A stretch of 63,969 nucleotides of DNA, the filler included, from Chrysochromulina tobinii (Eukaryota): assembly GCA_001275005.1 (NCBI GenBank). It is 11 parts of 11 records of this genome, joined end to end, with 100 filler letters (N's around TTAATTAATTAA, not from the genome) between each part and the next. Parts side by side here need not be neighbours in the genome. Positions count along the whole stretch, not along the records: positions 1 to 16,941 come from JWZX01000523.1; 10 more parts are not named here. One strand, written 5' to 3'. Within the stretch, counting starts at the first letter, position 1; every line of letters starts with the position of its first letter. The notes beneath the pieces are model-generated. The model was not told where the DNA came from and made no database searches. It worked only from the letters and a program-made list of their open reading frames with translations. This document shows positions 1 through 11,519 of this stretch, piece after piece. A program made the translations under genes and the position numbers.

Positions 1-234
1 TGCGTCCGAAGCCGTTACTAAACGTGCCCGGCGCACAGATGTCGCAGAATGGCTGGCCCGTGCGTGGCTGCGCCTGCGTAGGCGTGCAATTATGGCAGCG
101 CGCCATGCCCGGGTTGCCATTCGACATGCCCGCGGGACACGGCATGCACGCGGCCGCGTACGAGCGACCACCCGACTGTGGCGCCCCTGAAGCCCTCGGC
201 TCTCTCTGTGCGTGCGCGCGCGCGAGCGTCCTCA

Positions 235-1233
235 TTATTGGCTGGCCATCAGGTTCGCCACGCACTCAAAGACCTCCTCCGCGAGATCATCGCTCTGCGC
301 GAGTGGAGATGGCAGCTCTACCCGCCCCAGGTCGCCGATCTGGTCCCACGTCGCCCCAGCGGGCACATTCGGATTCCGATTGCCGTTGAGATAGCCGCCA
401 CTCATGGCGCGGACTTGCTCCACCGGCGCCACCGCGGCCCATGTCTGGCACGCCGCCACGTGCTCGAGACGTTGCCCCTTGAGTATGCCTCTCAGTTCCC
501 AACGCAGCACCAGCGCCACCTGCCGCAGCACGAGCCGCGTGGTCATGTGCTGGAGCATGCCTGTGCCACCCACGACGCCAGGGTGGAGGCAGACCACCGG
601 GAACGAGACGCGCTTCGCCTTGGCTCGCGTCCACAGAATTCGGATCAGATTCGAGTAGGCATAGGCATGCAGCGGGTCGTAACGTTCCTTTGGCGGCGGC
701 GGTGGAGTCCACGAGACGACACGGCGGTGGGCCTCGGACGCCATCTGCACTACGCGTCCTCCCGGAGTGCTCAGGATGCGCTCCTCGAGCAACTCCGCCA
801 AGAGGAACGCACCCAGGCAATTGACTGCGAATTGGGTCTCGATGCCAGGCGTGACAACTCCCCACTCTGGGATGCCATTCAGGCCCGCATTGTTGATGAG
901 CGCGTGAAGAGGTAGCTTCCCATCTCTGTCCTCAAGCGCGAGGATTTGGCTGGCACATGCCCTGACGGAGGAGAGGTCCCCGAGGTCTAAATCGATCAGG
1001 TAGACGCTCGTGCCGGTAGGTGCGTTCGCCTCAAGGGTGGCCACTGCAGCCGTTGCCTTGCTTCCAGGCCGAGCCGCAACAACCACCGCTCTCGGGCCGC
1101 CGCTGATCAATGCCTTCGCACACTCGAAGCCGATGCCGTTGGATGCGCCCGTGACGACGAACACGCAACCTGTGAGGCCGGTGCCGCGGGCGGCGGCGGC
1201 GCGCACGACAGAGGCCGCGGACCAGAAAGGCAT
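235..1233 (-). CDS. Short-chain dehydrogenase/reductase (retinol dehydrogenase/WWOX-like), intronless
   Basis: Rossmann motif VTGASNGIG, LINNAG, FAVNCLG, CLHPGVV; ATG at 1233 (MPFWS). Active-site motif reads YAYSN rather than YxxxK. Confidence 0.88.
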   Translation of the reverse strand: MPFWSAASVVRAAAARGTGLTGCVFVVTGASNGIGFECAKALISGGPRAVVVAARPGSKATAAVATLEANAPTGTSVYLIDLDLGDLSSVRACASQILALEDRDGKLPLHALINNAGLNGIPEWGVVTPGIETQFAVNCLGAFLLAELLEERILSTPGGRVVQMASEAHRRVVSWTPPPPPKERYDPLHAYAYSNLIRILWTRAKAKRVSFPVVCLHPGVVGGTGMLQHMTTRLVLRQVALVLRWELRGILKGQRLEHVAACQTWAAVAPVEQVRAMSGGYLNGNRNPNVPAGATWDQIGDLGRVELPSPLAQSDDLAEEVFECVANLMASQ

Positions 1234-1428
1234 GCTCCGTGTCCTCTTCTTTGGGGGTGGCCGAGTGGTGGCCGATCGTGTGAATGTTATAAACATTGGC
1301 TGTGAATGGAAGATGTGTGAAGATACCCTGGGTCTGCTCGTCAATCATGTATCTTCAGCGCGCGAGGGCCTAATAAAACGAAGATAAATTGCTGCTCTTC
1401 GGCGTTTCTGGGATCTTCGTTTTACTCA

Positions 1429-4400
1429 TTACTGCATCGTCCTCGGGTCCGTAGACCGGGGGTCGGCGGCCGCCATCGCCGCCCGCGGATCCGCGAGGGC
1501 GGCCTGTGCAGCCCCTGATGTGGCCGCGCCCGCGCCCGCGACGCTGCCATTGTCCTGCCCGGCCTTGAGGCCACCTGGCATGTGTGGTTGGAGTCTCTCA
1601 CGAAGCGCGCGCTGACGCATCTCGTCAGTGCGCTGGTCATTCCACTCCTCGTGCCTAATATGGATGACGACACAGCCAAGGGCTTGGAGCAGGCGTGCCT
1701 TGAGCTGCAGCGCGCCGAGCAGCTGGCCCGTGCTCGTGTAGTCCTTGGCCGCATGCAGCAGGATCGCAAACGTGGGTCCGCCCGTCACGTCGTGCGGTAC
1801 GAGGGCATCGATGACGTATGTGTTGAACACCTTGACGCGGTGGGGTAGCCCAAGTGCCTCGAGCGTAGCAGAGACCTCGAGGAGCGGCTGCGGCGCGCGC
1901 TCGCTCTGCACCTGTGGGGAGAGGGCGCCGTGGTGAGCATTTGCATGCAGAGGGATAGCAGAGAGCTCAAGGAGCGGCGGCGCGCGCTCGCAGCTCACCT
2001 GCAGCTGCACCTGCTGCCACGCGAGCTGCGCCTTTTGGCACAGGAGCGGCGGGAGCACCAGCCCGAGCTCTGGAGGCGCCTCGAGCTGCAGCATGAGCAT
2101 GCACTCGGCGATCCGGCATAGCTGGGCAGGTAACGCGACCCCAGAGGCGGCCTGGCTAATGGCTTGGAGCACAGCGATGGTGAGCCGATGCTCGTAGCAG
2201 CGCAGCGTGAGCAGTGACCACAGGCAGAGTGTGAGGGAGTGCAAGTCAGCATGCTGCGCCGTCTCCGCAATGTCGACGGGCAGCGTCCGGATGGCTTCGC
2301 GTGCCAGCTCTGCGCAGCCCAGCTGTACGAGTGACCAGAGAAGGGTGCCCGCCTCGGCGGGGTCGATGGCGAGGCCTGAGGCGCTCATCAATCGCATGAT
2401 GTCCGCGATCCCGAGCGGCGCCGGAGGCTCCACATGCAGCAGTGCCAAGCCGTGCACCAAGGCGACCGCAGAGTGAGGCAGCAGCTGCTGCACACTGTGG
2501 AGCCGCTCGATGAGGAGCGTGAGGATCGTGGAGGAGCGCCCGTGGTAATGGAGCGCGCCGAGCGCCTCGATGATGGTGCAGGCCTGCGCCTCGTGCAGCA
2601 CCTCGGGCTGCTCGAGCGTCCGAACCAGCTGGGACTCGAGGGCGTCGAGGAGCTTGGGCTCGTCGTACCTGCGCGAGATCAAGGGAGATCAATGGAGATC
2701 AATGGAGATCAAGGGAGATCAAGGGAGATCAAGGAGGAGCTCGGGCTCATCGTACCGCAGCCGCGCCAGACCATCGATCACCTCGGTCAGCATCTGAGGC
2801 ACGAGGACGCCGCCGCTCGTGCTCACGTGGCAGAGCTGCTCGCCGAGCGGCGCGAGCAGAGGCCACGGGCGGCGCATCGGGAGCGAGCCGAGGAGCCGAA
2901 GCGCATCACAGAGCGATTCGGTGGGCTCCGAGCGCGATCTCCGGTCGATCTCGCTGAGCAGCCTCTCTGTGAGGTCGCCTTGGAGCGAGCCGTTCAACTC
3001 GAAGAGGGCCCATGCGGTCTCGACGACCTGCATGCATTGAAGGAGGCACTCAGTGGTAATCAGTGGCATTCAGTGGCACTCAGAGGGCCCATGCGGTTTC
3101 GACGACCTGCGCGAGACGAAGCTGGTTGCGCGTGAGGCGCGCCTCGATCTGGCTGAGCATGCGCGGGAGGAGCGCCGTGTTGGGCCGCTTGAGGCGCGCG
3201 AGCACGTTCATCGTGTCGCACAGCTGCTCGGACGAGATCGAGTCGAGATCGCCGACCAGCAGCAGCAGCTGCTCGATCAACGAAGGGAGCATCATCAGTA
3301 ACGGCGAGTGTGGCGAGAGCTGCTGAAGCGAGGGCAGGTGTCGTACAAAGAGCCAGAGCGCGAGAGAGATCTGCTCGGGCGACAGGCTGCCAGCGAGAGA
3401 GCCTTCGCCTTCAGAGGCCAGCTCCCTCACGATATGCGCCCGAAGCTGCAGCAGTAACGGCTCGGCCAGCGGCATGCGCCGGCAGAGGAGGCGCGCCGTC
3501 GCGAGCAGCTCGGCGAACGAGAGCGGCGCGTGCTCGTGGGCGGCGAGCGCTTGAACGAGCCGCGGCAGCAGCCGCGCGCACGCGGCCGCGCGACCGAGGG
3601 GCACGATGGCGCGGATCAGTTGCGCGACGAGCTTTGCATGGAGCGAGGGCAGCTGTTTGTCGAGCGATCGCATCATGCGCGGGTACGCGGGCGCCTGGGC
3701 GAGGGGCCAAGGGGCCAAGGGTACAGACAGGCAATGAGAGGCAATGAGAGGCAATGAGAGGCAATGAGAGGCAATGAGAGGCCATCAGAGGCCATCAGAG
3801 GCCATCAGCGGTCATCAGAGGCAATCACCTGGGCGAGGCCGAGGGTACAGAACGCCCACAGGCAGTGCGCCGTGTCCGAGGCGGTGAGCGCGTGCAATCT
3901 CGACGCGATCTCCTCGAAGAAGGCCGTGAGGATACGCGTGTCGAGCACCTGAGGGACGAGGCGCCGTGGTGAGCGCGTGCATGCAGGGCCTGGTGAGCGC
4001 GTGCATGCAGGGGCAGGCCATCCGCGGCACTCGACGCACCGAGAGCTCGGCGAGCGCGCACAGGGCCTCGCGCAAGTAGCCGGAGTCGAGCGCGGGCAGA
4101 AAGTCGTGCAGCTTGGCGAGAATCTTGGCGAATTCGGGGCGCGACACGATCGAGGCTGCCCACGACTCTGGATCAGGGCACAGCTGCACCTGGCGCGCGA
4201 GCTTCGAGAGGCCGGTGCACAGCTGGAAGCCGGATACGGGCCGCTCGGTCAGCAGCTGCAGCAGCGCCGCCTCGTTGGTCGCACGCTCGATGTCGAGGCT
4301 GAGGGACTCGGCAAGGTGCGCAGCACGCTCGCGCGCGAGCACGAGCGCAGGCTGCATCGGCCTGCCCAGCTTCTCAAGCTCCGCGAGGCGGCTCGGCAGC

Positions 4401-5391
4401 TCGTTCGGCGGGATCTGTTCCACCTGAAGACGCATCGCCTGCTCGCATCCGTCGAGCAGCTGCTCCACGAGCACTGATTTGGCCTGATGAAGGAGGCAAT
4501 CGGAGGCCATCAGGGTGAGGACCGCCTGATGAGGGAGGCAATCAGTGGAAGCACTGATTTGGCGCTCACCTCGGCGCTCGTGAGCGTCTGCAAGGCCCAC
4601 GTGAGCTCGGCCGCGCGCTGCAGGCCGAGCGCGCGCGCCTCCATCCCCGACAGCGCCTGCGTGAGTGGCTCCACACTCGCGGCCGGAGGCGCGACCTGCG
4701 CCATCGCGAATGCGATCAGCAACGAAGCTGAGCCATGCGCGAGCATCGTCTCGCAATAGCCGGGCTCGTCGGCGCGCCCCTCGAGCTGCGCGCGCGTGCG
4801 CGAGCCCTCGATCGTGAACTCCTCCAGCCGCGCCGTGCTCACCGCACGCAGCAGCGGCTCCGCCTGCACGCCGAGCCCCTCGACGAGCGCGCGCGACAGC
4901 GTACCCAGGTGTGCGGCGTTTAAGTCGGCGAGGCGCGGCAGCACGATGGACGTGACCGCCTGGCCGATCGGGCCGCCAAGCTGCTTCAGCTTCGCGAGCG
5001 CTTGCGTGGCGAGCAGCAGCTGCGCGGAGGTCACGCGCCCATGCTGCGCGAGCAGCAGCAGCCGCTTGACGAGCCCTTGCAGCAGCGGACTCTCGGCCTG
5101 CTCGAGGCAGGAGAGGGCCCACAGGATCGAGGTGAGGCCCTTGACATCGGTAACAGTCGCGCCGCTCAGCATGCCTCCGAGCCGCATCATCATCTTGCCA
5201 AACCACGGCAGCTCCGCGAGCGCCTTGCGCTCCGAAGCGGGGAGTACCAACGCCGTGCGCGCGAGCGTATGCAGCCCGATGCTGAGCACGCCGACCGGCA
5301 AGCGTTCATAGTGGGCCTCGAGCAGCCGAGAGATCTCGTGCGCGCTTGTCTGCGTGAGGAAGACATCGTACAGGTGGTCGGCCGTCGCCAT
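1429..5391 (-). CDS. Helical-repeat protein with C-terminal RAP domain (FASTK/OPR-RAP-like RNA-binding protein), 7 exons, about 1132 aa
   Basis: Exons 5391-4570, 4483-4040, 3948-3829, 3694-3107, 3027-2756, 2668-1999, 1911-1429 join in frame. Repeated LWAL-type helices; RAP signature YVIDAL...LKARLLQALGCVVIHIRHEEW. Confidence 0.8.
1912..1998 (-). other. Intron (87 nt, in frame): downstream-exon echo plus acceptor cassette A
   Basis: GTGAGC...GCATGCAAATGCTCACCACGGCGCCCTCTCCCCACAG; the first ~45 nt resemble the start of the next exon. Confidence 0.85.
2669..2755 (-). other. Intron (87 nt): 22-nt downstream-exon echo plus TTGATCTCCC array
   Basis: GTACGATGAGCCCGAGCTCCTC vs exon GTACGACGAGCCCAAGCTCCTC; ends GCGCAG; removes in-frame stops. 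Confidence 0.88.
3028..3106 (-). other. Intron (79 nt): 25-nt downstream-exon echo plus decamer array
   Basis: GTCGTCGAAACCGCATGGGCCCTCT vs exon GTCGTCGAGACCGCATGGGCCCTCT; ends TGCATGCAG; restores frame. Confidence 0.9.
3695..3828 (-). other. Intron (134 nt): decamer array plus upstream-exon echo at the 3' end
   Basis: Starts GTGATTGCCTCTGATG; ends TCTGTACCCTTGGCC...CTCGCCCAG, copying the preceding exon end TCTGTACCCTCGGCCTCGCCCAG. Confidence 0.88.
3949..4039 (-). other. Intron (91 nt) ending in a variant of cassette A
   Basis: GTGCGT...GCATGCACGCGCTCACCACGGCGCCTCGTCCCTCAG; restores frame ELS|VLD. Confidence 0.85.
4484..4569 (-). other. Intron (86 nt, or 80 nt with a GC donor at 4563) with two stacked CATCAG acceptors
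   Basis: GTGAGC, then 14-nt echo GCCAAATCAGTGCT; acceptors CTCCCTCATCAG and CTCCTTCATCAG. Confidence 0.82.
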
Positions 5392-5841
5392 GAACCACGC
5401 ACGCGGCGCGCTCTAACCTCGCGGCCTACCCCTGACAATCGGCTCCACGTGGCCGGCATTTCGCAGACATTGAAAGACGATTTTTCCTCGAACACACTGC
5501 TTGGGAGGCTTGCCGACGCGTGGAGAAACTCGCCGCTCATCGCAGCGCCTTTGCTCCTGTGAGACAAAGGGAGCGTGGCTCCACGCGGCCGGTTCGCGCC
5601 CCGCGGGGCATGCAGTGATTTGCCTCGCGTGACGGCCGCCTCGCGGGAGGACTGAGTGGGGCGGCGTCAGTGGCCACGGCACATCGGCTCATTGGCACTC
5701 CTGCAGCCACCGCAAGCGCAGCGCCGCCCGCACGAGTTGGTGTTGGCACCACGGCGTTTGGAGCCGTCAGCTGACCCTCAACGTTCGCACGATGCTCTCG
5801 GGAATGCGCAGGACTCGCCGCCGCCTAACCCCCTCTGGTGC

Positions 5842-6231
5842 ATGGACATCGCCAACTTGGGTGGAGGCCTCGATCCGTTCGCTGATCTTGACGCGGAAGC
5901 TGAGGCTACTGCGGAGAAGAAGAAGAAGAAGAAGGCAGTCGCCCCGGAAGATGAGCTGATCGGTTCGGGCGACCTGATCCATATCCGCGTGCAGCAGCGC
6001 AACGGACGCAAATGCATCACGACCGTGCAGGGCCTGAGCGCGGAGCTCGACCTCAAGAAGATCATGAAAGCCCTCAAGAAGGACCAGTGCTGCAACGGCA
6101 CCGTCGTCGAGGATGACGACATGGGCTCCGTCCTTCAGCTCCAGGGCGATCAGCGCGACGCCGTGGAGAAGTTCCTCGTGGCGAACGAGATCGCCACGAA
6201 GGACAAGATCAAGAAGCACGGCACTGGCTAG
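5842..6231 (+). CDS. SUI1: Translation initiation factor eIF1/SUI1
   Basis: DPFA N-terminus, IHIRVQQRNGRKCITTVQGL, CCNGTVV, LQLQGDQR. Divergent from the RAP gene across ~450 nt. Confidence 0.97.
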   Translation: MDIANLGGGLDPFADLDAEAEATAEKKKKKKAVAPEDELIGSGDLIHIRVQQRNGRKCITTVQGLSAELDLKKIMKALKKDQCCNGTVVEDDDMGSVLQLQGDQRDAVEKFLVANEIATKDKIKKHGTG

Positions 6232-6635
6232 ACGGGGGGCTAGACGGGGAGGACGGCCGCCTGGCCCTCACGTGCTCATGTGCCTGGACCTGGCCTGGGC
6301 GCACTTCACGGGTCCCCGGTCCTGTACCTCCCAGTGCGTGCGCCTGCACTTGGGCGAGAGAGGCCTCGCGATGAGGCCGTCTTGTAGAGCGACGCGCCGC
6401 TGCTACCTGAGTGGATCTAGTCATCATCCGACTTGAGCACGCGCGCAAGGCGCGAGTATGCATGAGTGTGCCGTGAACCTGTGTGTGGTTGCGACACACT
6501 AGAAAGTTGAAACGAGCCGAAGTGTGCCCGTCTGGGGTGCAGCTCCCACGTCACGGTGCGGATCATAGTATCGACACTAGAACGAAGCGCGTTTCGTCGC
6601 GCCGTAATTCCGCAAACCCACCGGTCGACCGGACG

Positions 6636-9600
6636 ATGGACGTGTTGAACAGCTTGGAGAAGATGGCGCTCGAAGCTGTCGCGATCGAGCTGGTGACTAA
6701 GAGCGTCGACGATGCACTCAGCACCCTCTTCGACAGCGTCGAGCTTGCGCAGCCGGCCGGCATAGCGGAGCAGCAAGCGACTCCGGGGGCTTCAGTAGCC
6801 GAACCTAGCAGTCCTGCCGCCTTGAGCAGTCCGAGTCAGCCTTCCCCGCTCTCACTGTGGAGCAACAACGACTCAGACGCGGCGATGGCGGACATGGCTG
6901 CTCTCGCGACGCACCTCGCTGCGCGACTGGCTCGCTACCTGCTGTTTCTGCGCGCGGCCACCAGTTGGAGAACTGAAGCTCGCTTACCAAAGGGCACCAC
7001 TGGGTACCAGTGGGTGAGCAGTTTCGAAGCCGTTGAGGACCCTGCCAGGATTGAGGAGGCCAAGGCCATCTTGGATCGTTTCGTGCGCAGCGGTGCCGAG
7101 CTCGAGGTGAGCAACTTGCCCACTAGCATCCTCCAGCCGCTGCGCACTGCGCGAGAGATGACGCTGCCGATGTTCGACGAAGCCATTGCTGAAGTCCACG
7201 CCATGCACCGGCGAGACACGTGCCGCCGCTTTCAGGCCGCACGTGCTCTCGAGGCGGCGCGAGCCCTTGGGACGAGTGAAGCGCACTTGCTCGCGCGTCG
7301 AGCCCTGCTAACCGCCGCCGCCGCTGTGATCGGAGCTTCTCCGAGGACGCCCTCGCCCCTTGCACCGCCGCGGCAGCCGGCAGTAGGGCGGCCGGCGGCA
7401 GCGGAGCCGGCGGCATCAGTGGAGCCAGCAGTGGAGGATCCGACGGCAGCGGAGCAGATGGACGAGGAGTTGCCTAATATGGACGAGGAGTTGTCCGCCA
7501 TCCATGAGGCAGCGAGGGCAGCAGCAGCGGAGCCGGCGGTAGTGGAGCTTGCGGCAGCGGAGCAGCTATCCACGCCTGCGCATCCTATCCGCGCTGAGAT
7601 GGACCGGGCAGAACCGAGCATGCCAGTGCCCACCACGGCGCCTCGCCCTGCGATGGACCGCGCACAGGCAGCGGAGCCGGCGGCAATGGAGCCGGCCGCA
7701 ACAGCTTCGGCCGCAGCAGCGCCGGCAACAGCGCATGAGATATGGCTCCGTCGGCAGGCGATCCATCGGGCGGAAGCGCTCGCCGCCGGCATGCTGCCGG
7801 AAGCGCTCATGTCGCCGCCGCCCGCGCCGCCGCCTGTGCCGCCACCTGTGCCGCCGCCCGTTCGACCGCCCGCGCCGCCGCCCGCGCCGCCACCCGCACC
7901 GCCGCCCGTGGCCGCCGGCTCATGTTCCAATTCCAACTTCGTCGACGACCTGCCCACCTCGCCGAACGCCCGACAAACCTTGGCCGTGGAGTGTGACGAA
8001 GCCCAACAAACCTTGGCCGAGGAGCGTGACGACGCCCAAGTGCTCAACGAGAAGAAGAACAGGGCAAGGGAGGACGCTGCAGAGCTTGCCGGAGGCGAGC
8101 CGGCGGTAATGGACCCTTCGGACATCAGGAGAGCAGCAGCGGCAGCGGAGGCAGCGGAGGCAGCGGAGCACGCGTCCACGTCATCCTCCACGCCGGCGCC
8201 TCCCAGAAACGCCGAACCTGCCGCGATCGTGCGGCGAAGCTTCTCCTTCTCTCGCCCTACACGCACTCCCGCGCCCTCCAGTGCCTTACCTGCCACCCCC
8301 GCTGCCAGATCTACTGCGACTGCCGTCGCGGCCACACCTGCCACCAAGTTGTCGAGCGTCGCTCCACGCGGAACGACATTCGTGGCGACGCCACGTCGCT
8401 CCACGAGCTTCGGTGGAGCTGTCGCTAGGACCGTCGGCCGGGCGGCTGCGTTGCCGTTCGTGAGGGCAGAGGCGTTCGTCGAAGGCGCCATGCTCCGCAC
8501 GCTCGCGCGCCGCGAGCAGCGGAAGAGAACCAAAAGCAAGCTCGAGGGCATGGCGGCACTGCGTGGCTTTCACGACGGGCAGCGCGCGCTCTGGATTCAA
8601 TGGAGGCTTCGAGCGGAGTGTCGCACTCTCACGCGCGGCGCTCTCGTCGGGCTCCGGAGGCGCCAGAAGCTGGGCGGGCTGACGCGCTGGTCGGCACGAG
8701 CTGCCCAGCTGCAGCGTGCACGTGATGCTTGGATGCTCATGCGCCAGCCGCGGCTCGCGATCCGCATGCGAGTATGGCGCGTGCACGTTTGCGAAGAACA
8801 TGTGCGGATCTCCCAGGCCGAGCTGGCGGTGCATGCGATGGTACGAGGGCTCATTCGACGCGCCTTTCTCCGCTGGTTCCACAGCCTTCTGCGGTGGCTG
8901 CGCATGGGCAGGATCGCGGCGGCTCCGGAGAGCCAAGATCGCTATCTCCGGCGGAGATATCCGGAGATTGCCCCCGAGGTCCATGAGCGCACGGCGGCGC
9001 GTCACCTGCAGCGGCGCGGCTTGGAGTGGGGCTTCGATCGCTGGGTTCGCCTTGCGGGTGCGTGGCGACGGAATACTGCTCGGAGCTCGCTGGAGCACTG
9101 GCGTGCAGGTGCGCAGGGCGACGCTCTCGCCCTCTGGGCACGAGTCGCCTCGGCGAAACGGCGTGCAGTGCGCCTCGTGCGGCGGGTGCGGCATTCGGCC
9201 ACGTGGCGAGCGATGGTGCACTGGCGCGCGCGCGGCGTTGCGATGGTGGCGTGCAGCCGTTTGATGCGCCGCGCGCATCACTCGGCGACGCGGGGCGCGC
9301 TGGTGCAATGGCTGCATGCCACCGCCGAGAAGCAGCGCGTGCGCCGAGTGCATGCACGCGAGCGGCTCGGCCTCTCCCCACAGGCCAAGCTACACGGGCG
9401 CCGGCGCACGCTCGGGCTTGCCTTCGAAGAATGGCAGCACGTGCACGGGCAGGGCCAGGCGCTGGTCCATATCGGCTTCCGGGCACTCCGGGCGCTGATC
9501 AATGGGAAACGGGCGCGTGCGTGGCGCACGTGGGAGCAGCACGTGCGTCGGCGGCGGGACGAGGCGGCCGTGCTCGCTCTCATTGGGCGCGCGTACTTGC

Positions 9601-11487
9601 TCCGGCGAGCACGCGCCGCCTTGCTGGCCTTGCGGCGCCAGATGGTGCACAGCTTCCTCGCGTGCCGATTTGCGGCGGCGAAGGTGTGCGCCGTCTTCGT
9701 CGTCTGGCGGGGCCAGGTGGTGCAGGCCGCCCTGAAGCAGCGAGGCGCGGCGGCGTTTGTTGAAGGGAGGGTGCGTCGGGCGCTCAACACGTGGCAAGCG
9801 AGTGCGGAGCGGGTGGGAGCCGGAGTCACCATACGGCGCTGTCGTGCGCTCCTCGCGGCAAGTGGCTTGAAAGAGCGAGCTCGCACGCTGCTCACAGGCT
9901 TCCGACGCTGGGTGTCCCACGACGAGGCCGAGAGCGCGCTGCGGAAGGCGAGCGCCTGGATGACGAAGCACGAGCTCCACAGAGCCTTCGTGGCGTGGCG
10001 GTGGGCGCATCTCGACTTGGCGCTACAGAGCACGCGCGCACGTGCGGCGGCGCATCGGTTCGGCCAGTCGACGCTCGCACGGGGCTGGAACACGTGGCAA
10101 GCCGTCGCCTTCTCCGTGGCGATCGTGCACATGAAGGTGCGCAAGTTACTCCGCAACGTCCTCCACCAGCACAGCTGGCGTGCCTTTCACAGCCTCGTGA
10201 CCCACGCGGAGCACCGTCGTCAGCTCCGTCTGGGGGCCTGCGCGTTGCAACGGCATGCGCCTCGGCGCGCCATGATGACGTGGCGAGACCATGCCGAGGC
10301 ACGGCTCGTCCAATCGGCGCTGCTGCATCGCGCCCTCGCGTGGATGGTCGCATGTCCATCGGTGCGGCGCTCGTGGCGCCTGTGGACCCAAAGGGCTGTC
10401 TTGGACGCAGCCGAGCTCGACGCGACTCATGCGGCGATGGAGAGAGTCATCAGGCGGCTGCGCCATCGGCGCCTCGGGCGCGCACTCAATACGTGGGAGG
10501 CGCTGGCCGTGCTGCTGCTCAAGACGGCGCGCGCGTGCAGCGTGTGGGTGCACCGGCGCATCGCGACTGGATTCCACAGCTGGCTCGAGGCGTGGCTGCA
10601 GCAACAGGGGACGCTCGCGACGACACGCGCCGTGCTGCGCCAGTGGAGATCGAGGCGCCTCGCGCGTGGGTTTGACACGTGGCTGGGCTCGGTGCTCGAG
10701 CAGGTCGCACACCAAGCAACGCTCGCGACTACGATCCGCGTCGAGATTGCTAGGTGAGGGAAGGTCTCCGATGGCCTCCTATCGATTCTAAATGCCTCTG
10801 ATGACCTCTCCTTGCCTCTCTCATTGCCTCTCATTATCGTGCTTGCTAGGCGACGCCTTCACGTGCATCACGCTCTCGGTCTGTGGAAGGACTTCCGGCG
10901 CGACGCGCAGCGCGTGAAGGGGGAAGAGCGCCGCCGTATCGTCTCGCGGGAGGCGCGCCGGATCGTGTCGCAGGAGGCGGCGTCCTATGACGACCATGAT
11001 GAAGGACGCCATCAGGCTCGGCACGGGGCGTCCTATAACGACCATGATTTGCTCTCGTACGAGGATGAGGGCAGTCGCGTCCCCGGCTCGTCGCAGTCGG
11101 TGGAGCAGCGTGAGGCGCTGCAGGTAGCGGCCGCGTCCCGCTCTATTGCCTGTACTTGCCTCTAATGACCTCTGATTACCTCTAATTGCCTCTGATTGCC
11201 ACTGATTGCCTCCGAGCGCCGCTGCAGGTAGCGGCCGCGTCCCGCTGGCTTGCGGCTGCGGGTCTCGAGTCGGGACCCCCCATGTGGCCTGGGAGGATGT
11301 CACGCCCCACGACCCGGTTCCCGGCGCTGCACGGTAGCGCCGGCTACACGGCGGAGGCGTCGGGGAGCGAGAGGGAACGCCTCTCTTTCGAGTCGGACGC
11401 GGAGGCGGCGAGACGCTCCGCGCTCGTTCACATCTCGGACCTCCTCCTTGACTCTCATCAGTGGCTCGAGCCGGCAGACGCGCAGGT

Positions 11488-11519
<32 letters not shown>

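Noticed and set aside
7232..10156. Long antisense and alternative-frame ORFs (also 26475-28235, 34257-35579 and many others)
   Set aside because: Shadow ORFs expected at this GC content; they overlap better-supported genes and have no motifs.
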